This document shows positions 37,868-49,912 of a stretch of DNA of 55,759 nt, piece by piece; position 1 is the stretch's first letter, and the number at the start of each line of letters is the position of its first letter. A program made the translations under genes and the position numbers. The DNA is from Chiloscyllium plagiosum (Eukaryota), in the NCBI RefSeq assembly GCF_004010195.1, contig NC_057719.1, forward strand, positions 90,101,603-90,157,361, read 5' to 3'. A model generated the notes under the pieces. The model was given only the letters and a program-made list of their open reading frames with translations. It was not told where the DNA came from and did no database searches.

Positions 37868-39440
37868 TACAGAACTGTATAGTACAATACAGTACAGAAA
37901 CCATGATGTTGTGCCAAATATAATGTCAAATAAAACTGATCCATTCTGCCTGCCCATGGTCCACATCCTTCCATAACTTGCTTATTCATACGACTATCTA
38001 AAAGCCCCTTAAACACCCCTGACATATCCACCTCCACCACTATCACTAGCAGCGCATTCCAGGCTCCTCTCACTCTCTGTATTAAAAAAAACTTGCCCCT
38101 CACATCTCCTTTGAACATTCCCCCTCTTCCCTCTGGTATTGGACATTTCAACTCTGGGAAAAAAGATTTTGACCACCGACCCTATCTATGCATCGCATAA
38201 TTTTATAAACGTAGACTACTTACAGTGTGGAAACAGGCCCTTCAGCCCAACAAGTCCACACCAACCCTCCCAGACCCATTCCCCTACAACTAACACTACA
38301 GGCAATTTAGCACGGCCAATTCACCCAACCTGCACATCTTTGGACTGTGGGAGGAAACCCACAGAGACACAGAGAGAATATGCAAACTCCACACAGACAG
38401 TTGCCCAAGGTGGGAATTGAACCCAGGTCCCCAGCACTGTGAGGCAGCAGTGCTAACCACTGTGCCACCATGCTACCTTCTTGCAGCTCTCCCTGCAGCT
38501 TCCAGCACAGCAAACAACTCTAGTTTGTCCAGCCTCTTCTTAACAGCTCATACCCTCTAATCCAGCAGCATCCTGGTAAACCTCTTCTGCACCCTCTCCA
38601 AATCCTCCACATCCTTCCTGTAATGTGACATCCAGAATTGAATGCACACTCTTAAGTGTGGCCTAACGGAAGTTTTACAAAGCTGCAACATCACCTCTTG
38701 ATTCTTGTCCTCAATGCCCTGACTTGTAAAGACAAGCATGCCCTATGCCTTCTTTAGCACCCTATCTACTTGTGTGGCCACTTTCAGGGAGCTATGCACT
38801 AAGATCCCAAAATCCCTTTGTAATCAAGGATGTTAAGAGTCCTACCATTAACTGTATACTTTCCCTGAATGTTTGATCTTCCTAAGTACAATGCTTCAAA
38901 CTTGCACAGATTAAACTCCATCTGCCATTTATCCACCCATATCTGCACCTGATCCATATCCCACTGTATACTTGGATAACCTTCTACACCATTCACAACT
39001 CCCCCAATCTTTGTATCATCATACATAGAACAGTACAGCACAGGAACAGGTCCTTCAGCCAAACATAATCCCAAATTAAACTAATCCCTTCTGCCTGCTC
39101 TTGGTTCATATCCCTCTATTCCTAGTATATTCACATTCTGATCTATAAGTCCCTTAACATCCCTAACGTATCTGCATCTACCGCCATGCTTGGCGGCACA
39201 TTCCGGACTCCTACCACTCACTGTGTAAAAACACTTACCCCTCACATCTTATTTGAACTATCCCCCTCCACCATTAATTCCCCCTGTATCCTGCATTTAG
39301 TTGTCTGTAAACATACGATGTACCCATCTCACGTTTTCATCCAAGTCATTTTTCGAAATAACAAACAACTAAGGTCCCACTGCCATATGGATCCCTGCGG
39401 AACACCACCAGTCACGGAACTCAGCCAGAAAACCACCATC
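37868..39440 (-). mobile_element. Nested CR1 3' fragments
   Basis: Minus ORFs FFLIQRVRGAWNAL, MLQLCKTSVRPHL...ERVQKRFTRML and DDTKIGG...WQMEFNLCK. Confidence 0.8.
38212..38475 (-). mobile_element. HE1-like SINE
   Basis: Same head, core and tail as 12740-13033. Confidence 0.85.
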
Positions 39441-39600
39441 ACCAAAGGAGTGATTGGCAGCCCTCAGGTTTGGATAGGGAGGGACGTGAGAACTTTGAGA
39501 AAGCCCATGGGGAATCACAAATTAATTGAATTGGGGCTCCCTTAGTAAAGGGCTATGCCTGTAGAAGTGGAACTCATTAGCTGGGCCCCTAATAAAGTAT

Positions 39601-41085
39601 AAAAATATCTTAACAAATAAAGTAGACCCGGTTACATTGAGCCTTTTTCCAAACACCCTAGCAAAGCGTTTTTTTCCCCCAGGTGCACCCCCCCCCCTCA
39701 ATTACGACACTCAGCTCCTGTTTATTGACTGCGTTGGTTTGCAGAACACCCCCAGGGCGTTGCCTGCATTTTGCCAGGAGCTGAACACTGATGGAACAAG
39801 AATGACTCACACCAGGTATACCCTCTGCCAGGAGCTGCGGCTGTCATCGGGGAACCGTTGGTCAGGAATCCGCACCTCCGTACTCGCGGGTTCGAGTGGC
39901 TGGCAGAGGTGAGGGCCGTGGCTGGAAGGGATAACCACAGTCAGGGATGTGCTGGGGGTGGGGGCCTGGGCTGGATGTTGCCGCATGAGTTGACACACGG
40001 GGCGACAGTAGATGTCCAGTTCGTGGCCACTGCTGTCCAACGCCTTAAACAGTTGGAGGAAGGTCAAGTGTGCAGTGGAATCCTGTCTGTGCAAACCCAT
40101 GCTCAGATGCAATATTACATTGGCTCCAGGATTCTGTGCCTCACAGCCTGAGCTGCCTCTACAACATCCAAAGTATGGATTTTAGAAATGCTAAATGGCA
40201 GGCCATGGGTAGAATGCTGCTGCACACCATCCACCTCTTCACCCTTCATCCCCCACCTGGACATGCCTCAGTGTGCCCACTTACCACTGGGCGGTGGGAA
40301 TCCCTGGTGGAGGGCTCTCTGTGTGGCCGTCCTCCCTTTTTCCCTCAGGGATCTGGGCTGGAGGGTGTTGCACACAACAGGCCCATGCAACTGCAGATTG
40401 CAGTGGTTCACAGACTCCCCACCCAACTATTTGTTTTGTGGTGCTGTGGAATCTGTGGACCATGTGGGTATTTGCACCCCCTTTTTAGTTACCTCAAAGA
40501 TCGTCTCCTCTGTCTTTGGTTGCACTTCAACCCCCCACGCTCCTGATCTTTGGGCACCCAGTGCAGAGAAGGGTGGGCAGGACGGAAGATCTCCTCGTGT
40601 CTGCTCCCAGGCCTCGCCACGCTGGCCATTAAGAAGTCCAGGCAGTGGGGGCCATGGAAGGGAAGATTTATACTGATTGCCTGCTCCTCTTTCACAGTTA
40701 TGCTCGAGTCTGTGTGTCCCTGGAGAGGGAGCATGCGGTGTCCACCAACACTATTGATACCTCTAGAAAGAGAAAGATGGGCACCATGGAGGGTGGAGTG
40801 CTTTATTTCCCCTTCCAATTCTATTTTGATTTAGTCCTTACCCTCCCCCTCACTTTTTCTTTTATGTAAATATTGCCCCTACCGTAAAGGAGTGAGAGTA
40901 ACACCCAGAGTGAGAGTAAACGAGAGAGAGTAACACTGAAAGTACTTGTCACTGGTTCCTTGGCCACATGGATAATTTTTCCTTGTGGTTGAATATCAAT
41001 AAAGTTATTTATATAACTGATATTTTTCACTGTGTCCTGTACCTACACACACTTACTATGGGTGCTGCATAAAATAAGCAAAAAA
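39601..41085 (+). mobile_element. Tx1-like non-LTR retrotransposon 3' portion, unit 1
   Basis: NYDTQLLF, LFCGAVESVDH and VECFISPSNSILI* (ends 40834). 3' UTR with AATAAA at 40998. Confidence 0.7.
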
Positions 41086-41230
41086 TAACCAGTACATTAG
41101 AATCTCCTCAGTTGAGGACTGACTCTGAGCTGGCTGGGCACAACCAGTATACTGTGGAGGAAGAAGCTTAGTTTTGGACTGAGCTGTCATCTCAACATCT
41201 TTTAAAGAAAGCGTAAAGCAAATACAGCAT

Positions 41231-42710
41231 AAAAATATCTTTTAAAAATAAAGTAGACCCAGTTAAATTGAGCCCCCACTCAGATGGTCACATTAGCAAA
41301 ATATTTTCTTCTGCTGGGTGTGCACTCTCCATTATGACACAACTCCTGTTCATTGACTTGTAAGTCACTCCTCAGGACACTGCCTGTCTTTTACCAGGAC
41401 CTGATCACTGTCTGGAACTACCCTCCGGCAGGAGTAGCGGCTGTCATCAGGGAGCCATTGCTCAGGAATCTGCACCTCTGTACTCGCGGGTTTGAGTGGC
41501 TGTCGGAGGGGAGGGCTGTGGCGGCAAGGGTGACCAGGGTCGGGGACGTGATGGGCTGGACGCTGCCGCAGGACATAGCGAGCAGGGCAGCGGTAGACGT
41601 CCGGTACATGGCCACTGCCATCCGACGCCTTAAAACGTTAGTGCTTGGACCCGACGTAGTGCACCAGTTGGTGTGCGGTGGAATCCTGTCCATGCTCACC
41701 CTCGCCCGGATGGAATTTCACATTGGCCCCAAGGTCCCGTAATTCCCCCGGGAACCTGTGCCCCACGACCTGAGCCGCCTCCGGAATTTTAGTTTTGTCC
41801 CTTTTAAGGACATAAAAAGACAGGCCCTGTACAGACTGCTGCTGCACACCGTCCACCTCTTCTCCCTCACCCACCACCCGGACATGCCTTGGCGTGCCCA
41901 TTTGCCACCAGGCGGTGGAGATCCCCAGCGGAGGACTCTCTACGCGGGTGTCCTCCCCATTTCTCTCAGGGATCTGGGCTAGAGGGTGCTGCATGCAGCG
42001 GTCCCCCTGCAACTGCAGATTGCGGTGGTTCACGGGCTCTCAGCCCTACTGCTTGTTCTGTGGCACTGTGGAGTCCGTGGACCATGTACATACTGGGTGT
42101 GGGCGTTTGCACTCCCTTTTTGGTTTTCTTAGAAACCTTCTCTGTTTTTGGTTGCACTTCAGTCCCACGCTCCTGATCTTCGGGCACCCGGTACAGAGGG
42201 GGGAGGACAGGTCTGAAGACCTCCTCGTGGGTCTGCTCCTGGGTCTGGCCAAACTGGCCATAAATAGGTCCAGGCAGCGGGCTGTGGAGGGGGTCGTTAG
42301 GGCCGACTGCCTGCCCCTCTTCTGCGGTTACGTTAGGGCCCGGGTGTCCTTGGAGAAGGAGCACGCGGTGTCCACCAACACCCTGGAGTTGTTCAGGGAG
42401 AGGTGGGCGCTGCAGGGAGTGGAGTGTATTATTTCCCCCTCCAACTCTATTTTGATTTAATCCCTGCCCTCCCCTTCACTGTTTGATCACACAGCACTGC
42501 CCTTTGATGTCACTGACCACTCAGGTGTCTCTTTTCTTCCTGGGGTGGGAACTGAATAAAGATTTGTACACCTTGTGTCTTTCACTGTGTCTCACACCTG
42601 CACACACACAACATGGGTGTGGGGGAAAAAATAAGCACTACTGCAGTTAGGTGGTAGTATGGGGGTAATGAGAAAAAAAAGGAAAACGAAAGAAAAAATA
42701 TTAAAAAAAT
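41231..42710 (+). mobile_element. Tx1-like 3' portion, unit 2 (best preserved)
   Basis: LPVFYQDLITVWN, REPLLRN, the CCHC motif CLFCGTVESVDHVHTGC, LLLGLAKLAINRSR and ISPSNSILI* (42460). AATAAA at 42555 and an A-rich end. Confidence 0.78.
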
Positions 42711-43825
42711 AAAAATATCTTTTAAAAATAAAGTAGACCCCGTTAAATCGAGCCCCCACCGACATGGTGCACCTTAGCAAAGTATTTTTTTCTGCTGGGT
42801 GTGCACTCTCCATTACGATGCAGCTCCTGTTTATTACCTTGTAAGTCACTCCTCAGGACGCTGCCTGTCTTTTACCAGGACCTGATCACTGTCTGGAACA
42901 CGGTCAACTCATGTCGAGTCTACCCGCTGTCTGCTTTAGTGGCTATCTTCTCAGGGCTGTTTCTCAGGAATTTGCACCTCCACGAGCATGGGTTCGAGTG
43001 GTTGGCAGAGGGGAGAGCCGTGGCAATGGTTGAGGGGGGTGACCACATTCAGGGATGTGCTGGATGGCGGGGGCCCGGGCTGGATGTTGCCACAGGAATT
43101 GGAATGCCGGGCAGTGGTAGACATCCAGCTCTCGGCCCGATGCCATCCGTCACCTGAAAATAGCGGTGCACCAGTTGGAGAATGCTCTGGTGTGCAGTGG
43201 AATCTGTCTGCGTGTGCCCGGTTCAAACAGAATTTCACTTTCGCCCCAAGGCCCTGAACCTCCCTCAGGAGTCCTCACACACACACACCCTGAGTTGCCC
43301 CTTTAATATGTGTTGCATGCCTTTTTGTCTTGCTGCTGCACACCATTACCTTGTGTCTTACGCTCGCTGCTTGGACATGCTTTAGCATACTAATTTGCTG
43401 CTGGGGATCACCAGAGTCCTCCCTCTTTCCTTTGAGGACCTGGCATGAAGGGTGTTGCATGCAACAGAATGCAGCAGTTCATGGATATCCGTGCTGTGGA
43501 ATCCATGGACCAGGTATATTCTCCTTATAACTGTTTGCACTCTCTTTTTTGTTATTCAGAAAGTCTTTTGTTGTGTTTTTAGTTATACTTCACCCCTATG
43601 CTTCCAATCTTTGGGCATGCAGAGGGGTGCCAGCAGACCAGAGGACTTCCTCGTGGGTCTGCTCCTGGGCCTGGCAAGGCTGGATATAAACAGATCCAGG
43701 CAGTGGGCTGTGGAAAGGGTGCATCTCTGCAGACTGTCTGCCCTTCTTCCGTAGTTACGTTCAAGCCCAGGAATCCTTGGAGAGGGAACGGACAGTGTCC
43801 ACCAATGCTGTGAATGCCTTTGGGC
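42711..43825 (+). mobile_element. Tx1-like 3' portion, unit 3 (3' truncated)
   Basis: LPVFYQDLITVWN and LVGLLLGLARLDINRSR. It stops after VSTN, where the minisatellite begins. Confidence 0.72.
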
Positions 43826-43831
43826 AGACTA

Positions 43832-44280
43832 ACACTCTTGGTGATACTCTCTCTCTTTTACCCTCACTCTCAGTTTTACTCTCTCTGTTACTCTCACTCT
43901 CGTTGTTACTCTCTCTTGTTGTTACGATCTCTTTTACCCTCACTCTCAGTGTTACTCTCTGTTACTTTCACTCTCATTGCTACTCTCTGTTGCTATCACT
44001 CTCATTGTTACTCTTTCTCTTTCACTCTTACTCACGGTGTTACTCTCTCTTTTACTCTCACTCTGTTGTTACTCTCTCTCTTTTACCATCACTCTCAGTG
44101 TTACTCTCTTTTATTCTCACTCTCGGTGTTACTCTCTTTTGCCCCCAGTCCCAGTGTTACGCTCAGTCTTTTACCCCCCCCACTCCTGGTGTTACTCTCT
44201 CTTTTACCCTCACTTTCAGTGTGACTCTCTTTTACCTTCACTCTTGTTGTTATTCTCTCTCTTTTCCTCTCACTATTTTC
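43832..44280 (+). repeat. Degenerate pyrimidine-rich minisatellite, unit about 30 bp
   Basis: Recurring GTGTTACTCTCTCTTTTACCCTCACTCTCA-like units. Confidence 0.85.
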
Positions 44281-44904
44281 TCTTGTGCCCTGCTGTCTCT
44301 GACACAAGGGTCTCTCTTTGTCCCTATCTTTTCTCGTCTACACCCTACCTCTTTGTGAAGTTATTCACAATGTATGCTGAAAATACCCAGCTCCACCTCA
44401 CCATCACCTGTCTCCACTCCTCCTACATTCACTACATTGTGACACTGATATCCAAGATGGAGGAATGGTGATGTCTGCTGGAGGAATGGTGATGTCTCCA
44501 CCCCCCCACTCCCGAACCGGTGGTACACTGGGAACACTGCAGCTATTTGTCTCTGTCTGACTGTAGCTCAGGGACAATGAGCTGCAGAATGGGAAGCTGA
44601 CTGAACACAGAGCTTTAGCCAGCTGAGGACTGTTGCAACGCGAGTCTGGGAAGGGCCAACACCCAGTTTAATAGCTCCTGTGAAAGATCATGATCAGAAA
44701 ACTCCAAAAGAGGGCGGGACTTGTTCAGGAAAGAACACGCCGGAAAGATTATGAAATTTTTTTTTATATAATTAACTCAGTTGAAGGAGCAGTTGAGTTT
44801 TGATGGTCAATTTTTCACTCTCAACGTTAATTCTTCTTGAGCTAATAACTCAGGTGCATTGTTACAGCAGATACCGGCAGTTAGCACAGTCATGGATAGC
44901 TGTT

Positions 44905-45952
44905 ATAGGGTCATACAACATGTTCCCAAATCAAACAAGTCCAACTTGCCTATGTTTGGCCACATCCCTCCAAGCTGTCCTATTCATCTACCTCTCTCCA
45001 CCCCTTCTCCAAATGTCTTTTAAATGTTGTAACTGTACTTGTGTTCACCACTTCGTTTGGCATGTTCATTCCATGTCTGAACCACAGTGTGTGTGGAAAA
45101 GGTGTCCCCATGTCCTTTTCAAATCTTTCTCCTCTCACCTTAAAAATATGCCCAACTTTGAACTCCCCCACCCTAGGAAAACGACCCCTGCTCTTCACCT
45201 TATCTATGCCCTTATAAGGCTAGCCTCAACTTCCTACAATCCTGCAAAAAAATGTCCCAGCCTATCTTCATAACTCAAACTCTCCATTTCCGGTAACATC
45301 CTGATAAGTCGCCAATTTAATAATTTCCTCCTTTAGCAGGGTGACCAGAACTGCACACAGTTCTCCAGAAGAGGCTTCTCCAATGCCCTGTACAACCTCA
45401 ACATGGCATCCCAAGAGTGGCAGATGGAGTTTAATTTAGATAAACGCAGGGTGTTGCATTTTGGGAAAGCAAATCTTAGCAGGACTTATACACTTAATGG
45501 TAAAGTCTTAGGGAGTGTTGCTGAACAAAGAGACCTTGGAGTACAGGTTCATAGCTCCTTGAATGTTGAGTCACAGGTAGATAGGATAGTGAAGAAGGTG
45601 TTTGGTATGCTGTCCTTTATTGGTCAGGGTATTGATTACAGAGTTGAGAGGTCATGCTGTGGCTGTATAGGACATTGATTAGGCCACTTTTGGAATATTG
45701 CGTGCAATTCTGGTCTGCACCCTATCGGAAGGATGTTGTTAAACTTGAAAGGGTTCAGAAAAGATTTACAAGGATGCTGCCAGGGTTGGAGGATTTGAAG
45801 CTATAGGGAGACGTTGAATAGGCTAGGGCTGTTTTCCCTGGAGTGTCGGAGGCTGAGGGGTGACCTCATGAAGGTTTATAAAATTATGAGGGGCATGGAT
45901 AGGATAAATCAACAAAGTCTTTTTCCTGGAGTGGGTAGTCCAGAACTAGAGG
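44905..45952. mobile_element. Two CR1 3' fragments: minus strand to ~45414, plus strand from ~45415
   Basis: Minus ORF GHIFKVRGERF...TVTTFKRHL. Plus ORFs WQMEFNLDK..VLHFG and LGLFSLECRRLRGDL. Confidence 0.8.
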
Positions 45953-46082
45953 GCAGGTCGGAGAGGAGGGTGGAGCGAATAGGTGGGAAGCAAGATGGAC
46001 AGGTCAAGAGGGCGGTGCCGAGTTGGAAGCTTAGATCTGGGATAAGGTGGGGGGTGGGAGGGTTGGAAATGAGGAGTAGGAG

Positions 46083-46118
46083 ATTCGACGTTTCGGGCAC
46101 AGGCCCTTCTTCAGGAAT
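46083..46118 (-). ncRNA. Minimal type I hammerhead ribozyme motif (predicted)
   Basis: Minus strand reads ATTC CTGAAGA A GGGC CTGT GCCC GAAA CG TC GAAT. That gives the conserved core, a 4-bp helix II, a 4-bp helix I and a palindromic ACGT at helix III. Confidence 0.65.
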
Positions 46119-47007
46119 GAGCAGAGAGTGTTCAGCAGGAGAAGATAAAAGGTAGGGAGGAGGGACTTGGAGGAGGGGCGTTGGAAATGTGATAGGTGGA
46201 AAGAGGTCAAGGTGAGGGTGATAGGTCGGAGTAGGATGGAGGCGGAGAGGNNNNNNNNNNNNNNNNNNNNNNNNNNNNNNNNNNNNNNNNNNNNNNNNNN
46301 NNNNNNNNNNNNNNNNNNNNNNNNNNNNNNNNNNNNNNNNNNNNNNNNNNNNNNNNNNNNNNNNNNNNNNNNNNNNNNNNNNNNNNNNNNNNNNNNNNNN
46401 NNNNNNNNNNNNNNNNNNNNNNNNNNNNNNNNNNNNNNNNNNNNNNNNNNNNNNNNNNNNNNNNNNNNNNNNNNNNNNNNNNNNNNNNNNNNNNNNNNNN
46501 NNNNNNNNNNNNNNNNNNNNNNNNNNNNNNNNNNNNNNNNNNNNNNNNNNNNNNNNNNNNNNNNNNNNNNNNNNNNNNNNNNNNNNNNNNNNNNNNNNNN
46601 NNNNNNNNNNNNNNNNNNNNNNNNNNNNNNNNNNNNNNNNNNNNNNNNNNNNNNNNNNNNNNNNNNNNNNNNNNNNNNNNNNNNNNNNNNNNNNNNNNNN
46701 NNNNNNNNNNNNNNNNNNNNNNNNNNNNNNNNNNNNNNNNNNNNNNNNNNNNNNNNNNNNNNNNNNNNNNNNNNNNNNNNNNNNNNNNNNNNNNNNNNNN
46801 NNNNNNNNNNNNNNNNNNNNNNNNNNNNNNNNNNNNNNNNNNNNNNNNNNNNNNNNCCTGCAGTCTTCTTCTTGCCCTCTCCGCCTCCACCCTACTCCGA
46901 CCTATCATCTTCACCTTGACCTCTTTCCACCTATCACATTTCCAACGCCCCTCCTCCCAGTCCCTCCTCCCTACCTTTTATCTTCTCCTGCTGAACACTC
47001 TCTGCTC

Positions 47008-47043
47008 ATTCCTGAAGAAGGGCCTGTGCCCGAAACCTCGAAT
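47008..47043 (+). ncRNA. Minimal hammerhead ribozyme motif (predicted; ACGT changed to ACCT)
   Basis: ATTC CTGAAGA A GGGC CTGT GCCC GAAA CC TC GAAT. Confidence 0.55.
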
Positions 47044-48779
47044 CTCCTGTTCCCTGGATGCTGCCTGACCTGCTGTGCTGTTCCAGCAATAAAGTTTCAG
47101 CTTTGATCTCCAGCGTCTGCAGACCTCACTTTCTCCTTGGAAATGAGGAACCTGGTGAATTGATCCTGTGTGGTTGAAGGGTCCCAAGGCAGAAGATGAG
47201 GCGTCTTCCTCCAGGCGTCGGGTGGTTTGGTGGTGGAGGAGAATCAGGACTTTCACGTCCTTGAGGGAGAGTTAAAGTGTCCGGCCATGGGACAGTGGGG
47301 TTGCTTCATCATGTGTCCCAGAGGTGTTCTCTGAAATGTTTCGCAAGTTGGTGTCCTAAGAGACATCGGGAGTAACCGACACAGTACATCACGTGTGTGG
47401 AAGTAAAGAACATCTCTGATGGATGTGGAAGGATCCTTTGGGGCCTTGGACGGAGAAGTGTGGGTGCAGCTTTTGCATTTCATGCGATGGCAGGGGAAGG
47501 TGCCGGGAAGGGAGAGTGGGGTGTGTGGACCGACAAGGGAGTTGTGGAGGGAATGGTCTCGATGGAACACAGTAGGGGTGGGGAGGGGAATATATCCCTT
47601 GTGGTAGGGTCTGTTTCTAGGTGGTGGAAATGACAGAGGATAATGTGATGGATCTGGAGGTTGGTGTGGAAGGACAGGGGGATTCTGTCTTTCATATGGT
47701 TGGAGGTGTGTGGTTCATGGGCGGAGGTGTGGGAAGTGGATGAGATATGCTGGAGGGCATAGTTGACCATGCGGGAGGGAAAGTTTGAAGGAGGCCATCT
47801 GGGATATTCTGTGGTGGAATTGGTCCTCCTGGGAACAGATGCGGCGGAGGCAGAGGAATTAGGAATAAGGAGGCAGATGGGAGGAGGTAGCTGTGGGACA
47901 CATCATCTCTGAGACACACAAGAAAGAACCCCACCGTCCTGTAGCCGAACACTTCAATTCCCTTCCCACTCTGCTGAGGACATGCAGGTGCTGGGTCTCC
48001 TCCACTGCCAAACTCTAGCTACCTGACTCCTGAAGGAAGAACGCCTCATCTTCCGCCTCGGGACCCACTTACCATACTGCATCAATGTGGATTTCACCAG
48101 TTTCCTCATTTCCCCTTCCCCCATCTTATCTCAATTCCAACCAACTAATTCAGCATCACTCCCATGACCTGTGCTACCTGTCCTTCCTACCTATCCTTTC
48201 CACCTTCTTCTCTGACCTATCACCTTTACCTCCAACTTCAGCTACCTATTGCATTCCCAGTTACTTTCCCACCCCACCCCCCACCCCCCCCCTNNNNNNN
48301 NNNNNNNNNNNNNNNNNNNNNNNNNNNNNNNNGCCCCAGTCCAAAAGCCTCATTCCTGATGAAGGGCTTATTTCCAAAACATTGATTCTCCTGCTCCTCG
48401 AAAGCTATGCTTTTCCAGCTCCACATTCTCAACTCTGATTCCCAGCCTTTTAAATGTTATTAATGTACCCACCTCAATCATTTCTGCTGGCATTGTGTAC
48501 CACCCTCTGTGTAAAAAGGTTGCCCCTCAGATTCCCCTCTAACCTTAAACTGATGCCCTCTAGCCCTCGATTCCCCAACCATGGGGAAAAGCCTGAATGC
48601 ATCACCCTATCCATTCCTCTTGTGATCGTATACACTTCTATAAGATCACCCCTAAGTCCCCTATGCTGTAAAATGTCCTTGCTTGTCCAGACTCTCCAAG
48701 AGAGGGGTTGGATGGGAGACAGCTCCCCGTCTTCCCACCCTTCCTCTCTTTCCCCCGTCCATCCCCTCTATTCTGCCTC

Positions 48780-48984
48780 CCTCCCTCTTTTCCCTCCCAC
48801 CCTCCTCCCTCCGCTCCCTCCTGCGGACTGAATCCACTTCCGGTCGGTGGCGGCTGGTGACGGGCCGCTTCACCCAGACTCTGGGTGCTGCCTCCGCGGA
48901 ACGCGTCACCGATCCGAGCCGGCGCTGCGTCCGCGCACAAAGCCAGTGCAGGGAGCAGTCCCACACAGTGGTGTCTGAGTGAGT
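48780..48984 (+). promoter_or_regulatory. CpG-rich candidate promoter and non-coding first exon of a downstream gene
   Basis: Non-repeat CpG cluster after a CT-rich tract. ETS-type ACTTCCGG at 48836-48843 and donor-like GTGAGT at 48979-48984. Confidence 0.55.
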
Positions 48985-49217
48985 GTGAGCACAGTGAGAG
49001 TCAGAAACCTGTCAGGGTCGTGCTCATGCCCCAGCAAGCAGTGCTTACCTAGCTCTGAGAGATGATGAAACTTTGCCTGTCTCTGGTTACTGTGCAGGCA
49101 TTGGGATTAATCTCTATCTCCTATGTAAGTACACCACTAACCCCTTCGATGTGTGTTTAAACTCCTGTTGTGTATACTGTCTGTCATGGCTATTGCTTGG
49201 GAGGTTCCGGGGCTGGA

Positions 49218-49325
49218 CAAAGTTAAAAGTCACACAGCACCAGATTATAGTCCAACAGGTTTATTTGGAAGTGCTTCCAAATAAAGCTGTTGGACTGTAA
49301 CCTGGTGCTGTGTGAGTTTTAACTA
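49218..49325. mobile_element. Palindromic Penelope-derived element (family of 5772-5897)
   Basis: agttaaaagtcacacagcaccag...tccaacaggtttatttggaag mirrored by cttccaaataaagctgttgga...ctggtgctgtgtgagttttaact. Confidence 0.7.
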
Positions 49326-49912
49326 TGACCATTGCTGTCCTGCAAGTGAGTTGGGAGTCTGCACTGAGATGAGATTTGTGTTGTTGTTGCTACAAACTGC
49401 AATAAGGGGATTTGGCGAATGATAACAACAGTCAGTGTGGAGAGTGCCAGACTGAAGTGAATGATTGCGGTGTGGTTCACAGGCTAACAGTGCCTTCAGG
49501 AGTGCTGCCAGTTATCCCGCACAAGCCCAGTTTGTCTCTCTGACCTTTCAGAATGGACTCACTGTGGCCGAGACACCTGCTGCCCTTGGGACTGCGGGGG
49601 CACGGGCTGGAAAGGGTAGAAAATTTCTGGCCTCAGCTCAATGTCCACACAAACGCAGGCTTTCCCGTTGTGTGTTCAGGCTTTTTGGTTTTGGAGTTCA
49701 CACCCTAGTCACTGTGTACCTCTGTAAGAGGTCCAATGTGGAGCTGACACTGAGCTGAGGAACAGTGATACAGAGGGACTGCTGTTTGCAGACCAGAGAT
49801 ACAGTGTAGTGATATCTCCCTTTTTTATTGATAAATGGTAACCTGCAGCAGAGGAGAGAGGAGCAGAGACTCACACTATGCTGGTGGCAAAATTCCCAGA
49901 AATATGATCAAC

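Larger units (their letters stand above)
46076..47136. mobile_element. Young foldback Penelope-like element nested in the previous one, 13-bp target-site duplication
   Basis: TTGGAAATGAGGA at 46063-46075 and 47137-47149. Arms ~46078-46250 and ~46876-47048 are near-perfect reverse complements around an N gap. Confidence 0.85.
45953..48440. mobile_element. Penelope-like element with inverted arms and GIY-YIG-proximal coding relic
   Basis: Minus ORFs HIILCHFHHLETDPTTRDIFPSPPL and HRDHSLHNSLV...PGTFPCHRMKCKSC. An inverted + arm lies at ~47915-48440. Confidence 0.75.

Noticed and set aside
43832..44280. CRISPR-like array
   Set aside because: The units are contiguous and degenerate with no unique spacers, there are no cas genes, and the context is vertebrate.
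43777..44471. Overlapping long Leu/Ser-rich ORFs that look like membrane proteins
   Set aside because: They are translations of a pyrimidine-rich minisatellite that is open in several frames.
46167..46919. ORFs of 235-250 aa (and the similar ones at 16555-17154)
   Set aside because: Their length comes from runs of N.
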